DNA of 64,000 bases from Mustelus asterias (lineage: Eukaryota), in contig NC_135814.1 in assembly GCF_964213995.1 (NCBI RefSeq), forward strand, positions 59,830,001-59,894,000. Direction: 5' to 3'. The notes below the pieces were generated by a model. It saw nothing but the letters and a program-made list of their open reading frames with translations. It made no database searches and was not told the DNA's origin. The stretch's first letter is position 1, and each line of letters opens with the position of its first letter. The translations under genes and the position numbers were made by a program. Below, one piece after another: positions 59,731 through 64,000 of this stretch.

Positions 59731-62452
59731 ACAGGTTTGACAGCACTGGGTTTTCAGTTATGCTGTCCTTTCTCTGGTAGTCGACTCCTGTTCCAATTTC
59801 TAACTGCACATTCCCTGACTTTGGAGTTGCCGCTGCTGATCCTTGGTTTGATCACCACTTTCGGATTCAGAATGCAGCAAGCCTTTATGTGAATAATTCA
59901 TGTGTTGTTTCTGGCTGTGCTGTACTCGAATACCTTAAGTGCCTAGAAAAGTTTCAGGATGCATATAAGATGCTCTAGGGCACATGTTGTAGTTGAATAA
60001 GCCTTATTATATCTGTTCACCTCATGCTGCATCATGCATGAATGAAGGATTCAGCCCTGATCACCAGTTCACTAATCTAATACTGAGCTTTGAGTCATGA
60101 GGGCTCCATAGGTGAATTATCACAGAGAGTTAGTGTTCCCCAAGGATGTGCAATGGGTTATCAACATTGCATAGTAGCTTCACACCAATAAAAGGGAAAT
60201 TCTGCATATGAAAAAGGATTTGAAGTGACGACTGCATCAAAGGACAAGGGCAACAAACACATGGGAGCACCATCACCTGCATCTTGCTGTTCAAGTCACA
60301 CACCATTCTGCTCCTTCATTGCTGGACCAAAATCATGGAACTGCCTATCTAATAGCACTAAAGGGGTGCTTCCACAACATGGACTACAGCGGATAAAAAA
60401 GGCAGCTCACTACCACCTGCTCAAGCAATCAGGGATGTGTAATAAATGCTGGTCTCAGTCACGAACCAACAGAACTGGATAACTGTTCTGGGAAAAAAAC
60501 GACATGAACTGAGAGGATTGGTGACTTTGATCCTGACAGGTTAATCTGACATAGATCACTTTATGTTATTGAGAAGGATCCAGATGCACAGTGGTTTAAA
60601 GCAATGGTAACATGGCCTGACACAGTTAATTCCCCTAAAGGAAGTGAACTGGTTAAGTTGTATTATGACCAGAGATGAGTACGATAAATGAGGGAAACTT
60701 GCAGCTTGTGGAATAGGCTTGCTGGATCAGTTTACCTGTTCTCGTCCACAATTGTTTTTTATTCCTATGGTAATTGCTGATTTTGAGATGCTGGTTGTGG
60801 GAACAAGATTCCATGCTATCAGAGTACCTCAATATTCTATACAGTCTGTGGGATCAATGCATGTTTGGTTAAGATCTGAATGTGAGTTAAAACTGTTTTC
60901 TGCTAAACGTGGGATTTGCAAGCTCTGTCCTATACAATCAAGTACAAAGTATGAGCATCCCTACAAAGAAGGATGGCAAAATGCTATAGTAACCACTCAA
61001 ACATGTCTGATGATTTTGAATATGTAACCAAAGGCCTGATAACAATAACCATGTTCATTCTTGTCTCTGAAATGTGTAGTGCAGAACTCATTGCTGCAAC
61101 TTCTCAGAAATAGGAATGCCCTTCACAATTAATAAATGTATAAATTAAAATTAGAGACACTCATGATTACTGAAGCAACTGTTTTACTTGCATGTAATTT
61201 ACATTCAAAGCAGTGGTGGCACAGTGGTTAGCACTGCAGCCTCATTTTGATTCCTGGCTTGGGTCACTGTCTGTGCGGAGTCTGCACGTTCTCCCCATGT
61301 CTGCGTGGGTTTCCTCGAGGTGCTCCAGTTTCCTCCCACAGTCCGAAAGATGTGCTGGTTAGGTGCATTGGCCATGTTAAGTTCTCCCTCAGTGTACCCG
61401 AACAGGCACTGGAGTGTGGCGACTAGGAGATTTTCACAGTAACTTCATTGCAGTGTTAATACAAGCTTACTGTGACACAAATAAATAAACTTTAAACAAT
61501 AAGGTTATTTTGTAGCAACTGAAGCAGGATTGGAACAGGTGTGGGGCATTTAGCCCCTTAAGTTTCTTTCCCCCATTAGATAAGATCATAGCTGTTGTGT
61601 ACCACAATTCCATTTTTCGATCTTAGTTCTGTATTCTTTCACTGGCAACAAATTAGGGAGAGAATACAGAGAAGGGCTGTGACAGAACATAGGCAGATTA
61701 TTAATAAACTTGTAGAATGAGTATATAATTGGTAAATGTACCTCAATATAGATAAGTGGGAGATGGGAAGATCACGTACTCATTGAAAAAAGTCTAAATG
61801 GGATAGAGGAGCAGAGAGGCTTGGGATACAGGTACAAAGGTCATTAATTAGTGATGCAGATTTAAAACATAACATACCCTGTGCTTTTTAAAAAATTATG
61901 TTAAACTTGTGTAGAACCTTGGTTGGACCACACATGGCGCGGGGTAAAAAGTTCTGGTTGCCACATAATTAAGAGGATATATGGGCACCGGGAAGGGTGA
62001 AAGAAAGCTTTATCAAGATGATACTAGAATGGAGGTGTTTTACTTATTAGGAAAGATTGAAGAGGCTGAATGTTGAAAAGATAAAACTTAGGGGTAATTC
62101 TGTAAGAGGTCGAAAGTGTTTAATAGGGTAGATGGAGAAGATGTTTCCAGCAAGGCGGGGGGAGGGGGGGGGGCAAGACTAGGGTCAATCAGACCAAGCT
62201 CAAGAATGTCCTACCAAGATACCACCAACATGTCTCCTGTTCCACCAGAGGCCTAAACATCCTAGACCACTACTACACAAATATCAAACATGCCTACCGC
62301 TCTATCACCCGCCCACACTTTGGCAAATCAGTCCGCAAGGCTGTGCTCCTGCTCTCAGCTTACAAGCAAAAACTGAAACGGGAGAATCCGTCAAAGAAAG
62401 CCATGCAATGTTGATCTAAGGAATCTAATAATCTCCTGTGGGACTGCTTAGA

Positions 62453-62800
62453 AGTTTAACAACACCAGGTTAAAGTCCAACAGGTTTATTTGGTAGCAAA
62501 AGCCACACAAGCTTTCGGAGCTCCAAGCCCCTTCTTCAGGTAAACTTCTTACTGTGTTTACCCCAGTCCAACGCCGGCATCTCCACATCATGACTACCAT
62601 CGGCACCGCAAACTGCCGGCTCCAAGTGGAGAGGATCTCCAAGAAGATCGCGCATATCAACACAGACACCTGAAGAAGGGGCTTGGAGCTCTGAAAGCTT
62701 GTGTGGCTTTTGCTACCAAATAAACCTGTTGGACTTTAACCTGGTGTTGTTAAACTTCTTACTGTGTTTACTCCAGTCCAACGCCGCCATCTCCACATCA
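62453..62800. mobile_element. Short Penelope-like insertion with two hammerheads (62506-62541 minus, 62666-62704 plus)
   Basis: Inverted pLTR ends; target duplication gg(a/g)ctgcttaga at 62441-62452 and 62801-62812. Confidence 0.85.
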
Positions 62801-63033
62801 GGGCTGCTTAGAGTCAGCAGACTGGTCAGTATTTAAAAACACTGTGACTGGCATGAATGAGGGCGCCGCTACAGTGTCTAACTTCATTAGTAAGTGTGTA
62901 GAAAACTATGTGCCAAAGAAGCAAATCCGCATGTTTCCCAACCGGAAACCATGGATGAGCAGGGATATCCACTGCTTGTTGAAGTCCAGGTCTGAGGCAT
63001 TCAAGTCAGGTGACCCTGACATATATAAGAAAG

Positions 63034-63408
63034 TAAGAAGTTTAACAACACCAGGTTAAAGTCCAACAGGTTTATTTGGTAGCAAAAGCCCAGATTGCCT
63101 AGATCCATTACAGTTCGCCTACCACCACAACAGGTCCACAGCAGACACCATCTCCCTGGCCCTGCACTCAACCCTGGAACACCTAGATAACAAAGACACC
63201 TGTCAGACTCCTATTTATCGACTATAGCTCAGCCTTCAACACCATTATGTCTATGAAACTCATCTCCAAACTCCGTGGCTTGGGGCTTGGCTTCTCCCTC
63301 TGCAACTGGATCCTGGCTTTTGCTACCAAATAAACCTGTTGGACTTTAACCTGGTGTTGTTAAACTTCTTACTGTGTTTACCCCAGTCCAACGCCGGCAT
63401 CTCCACAT
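63034..63408. mobile_element. Short Penelope-like insertion enclosing a captured Rex1 segment
   Basis: Inverted ends at 63034-63090 and 63315-63408; duplication catatataagaaag at 63020-63033 and 63409-63422. Confidence 0.85.
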
Positions 63409-64000
63409 CATATATAAGAAAGCCAGGTATGATCTAAGGAGATCCATCAAAGAAGCCAAAAGACAATACCAGACCAAGCTAGCATCCCAGGCTAGCCACA
63501 CGGACCCCTGCTGACAATGGCAAGGTCTGCAGGACATAACAGGCTACAAGATGAAGGCATGTAAAATCGCCAGCACCAACGCACCCTTCCCTCATGAGGT
63601 GATGAGGGAATGTATTCTATGTCCGTTTTGAGCAAGAGGTCAGCGAGAGCATGCCCTCCACCCCGGAAGCCTCAGATGAACCTGTATCTGAGGTCACCAT
63701 TGCAGATGTCAGAGCAGTCTTCACAAAGGTCAATCCTTCGAGAAGACCGGCCCGCATGGGGTACTCAGATGAGCATTCAGCTAGTGGGGGTTTTTGCAGA
63801 CATCTTCAACCTCCCTTTACAACTATCTGAGGTCCCTATCTGCTTCAAGGAGACGACCAACATCCAGGTACCAAAGAAAAGCCAGGCAGCGTGTCTTAAT
63901 GACTATTGCTCTGACATCCATCATTATGAAGTGCTTTGAAAGGTTAGTCATGGCACACTCAATTCTGGCCTCCCAGATTGCCTAGATCCATTACAGTTCG

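Larger units (their letters stand above)
62185..64000 (+). mobile_element. Rex1/Babar-type LINE, running off the window end and interrupted by two PLE insertions
   Basis: [41 protein letters not shown]; same family as 7285-9163. Confidence 0.85.

Noticed and set aside
50023-63410. Recurring aacaccaggttaaagtccaacagg repeat as a CRISPR-like array
   Set aside because: Dispersed, in both orientations, bounded by target duplications in eukaryotic DNA: these are retroelement termini

Overview
Vertebrate genomic DNA, most likely from a shark or other elasmobranch (inferred from HE1-type SINEs and the CR1/Rex1/Penelope repeat mix). It holds three complete intron-containing genes in the same order as human 2q31. 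PJVK/DFNB59 (pejvakin, a gasdermin-family protein; + strand, 6 coding exons, 2331-17105, 370 aa) converges on FKBP7 (- strand, 4 exons, 33358-22030, 214 aa, C-terminal HDEL). FKBP7 shares a CpG-island bidirectional promoter with PLEKHA3/FAPP1 (+ strand, 8 exons, 33911-53140, ~308 aa). All exons have GT-AG boundaries and join in frame. Introns and flanks are full of CR1, Rex1, L2-like, Tigger and Penelope-like (PLE) elements and SINEs. The main unexplained signals are: (i) a young PLE family whose ends carry minimal type-I hammerhead ribozymes with covarying stems, including a tandem pair; (ii) one PLE insertion that has captured a copy of neighbouring DNA between its inverted ends; (iii) a frameshifted duplicate of the PJVK last exon that retains its acceptor; (iv) a consensus CTCF site between the convergent genes; (v) UPR-type motifs and start-stop uORFs in the shared promoter. 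Repeat family names come from recognition of sequence and motifs, not from a database search, and repeat boundaries are approximate.
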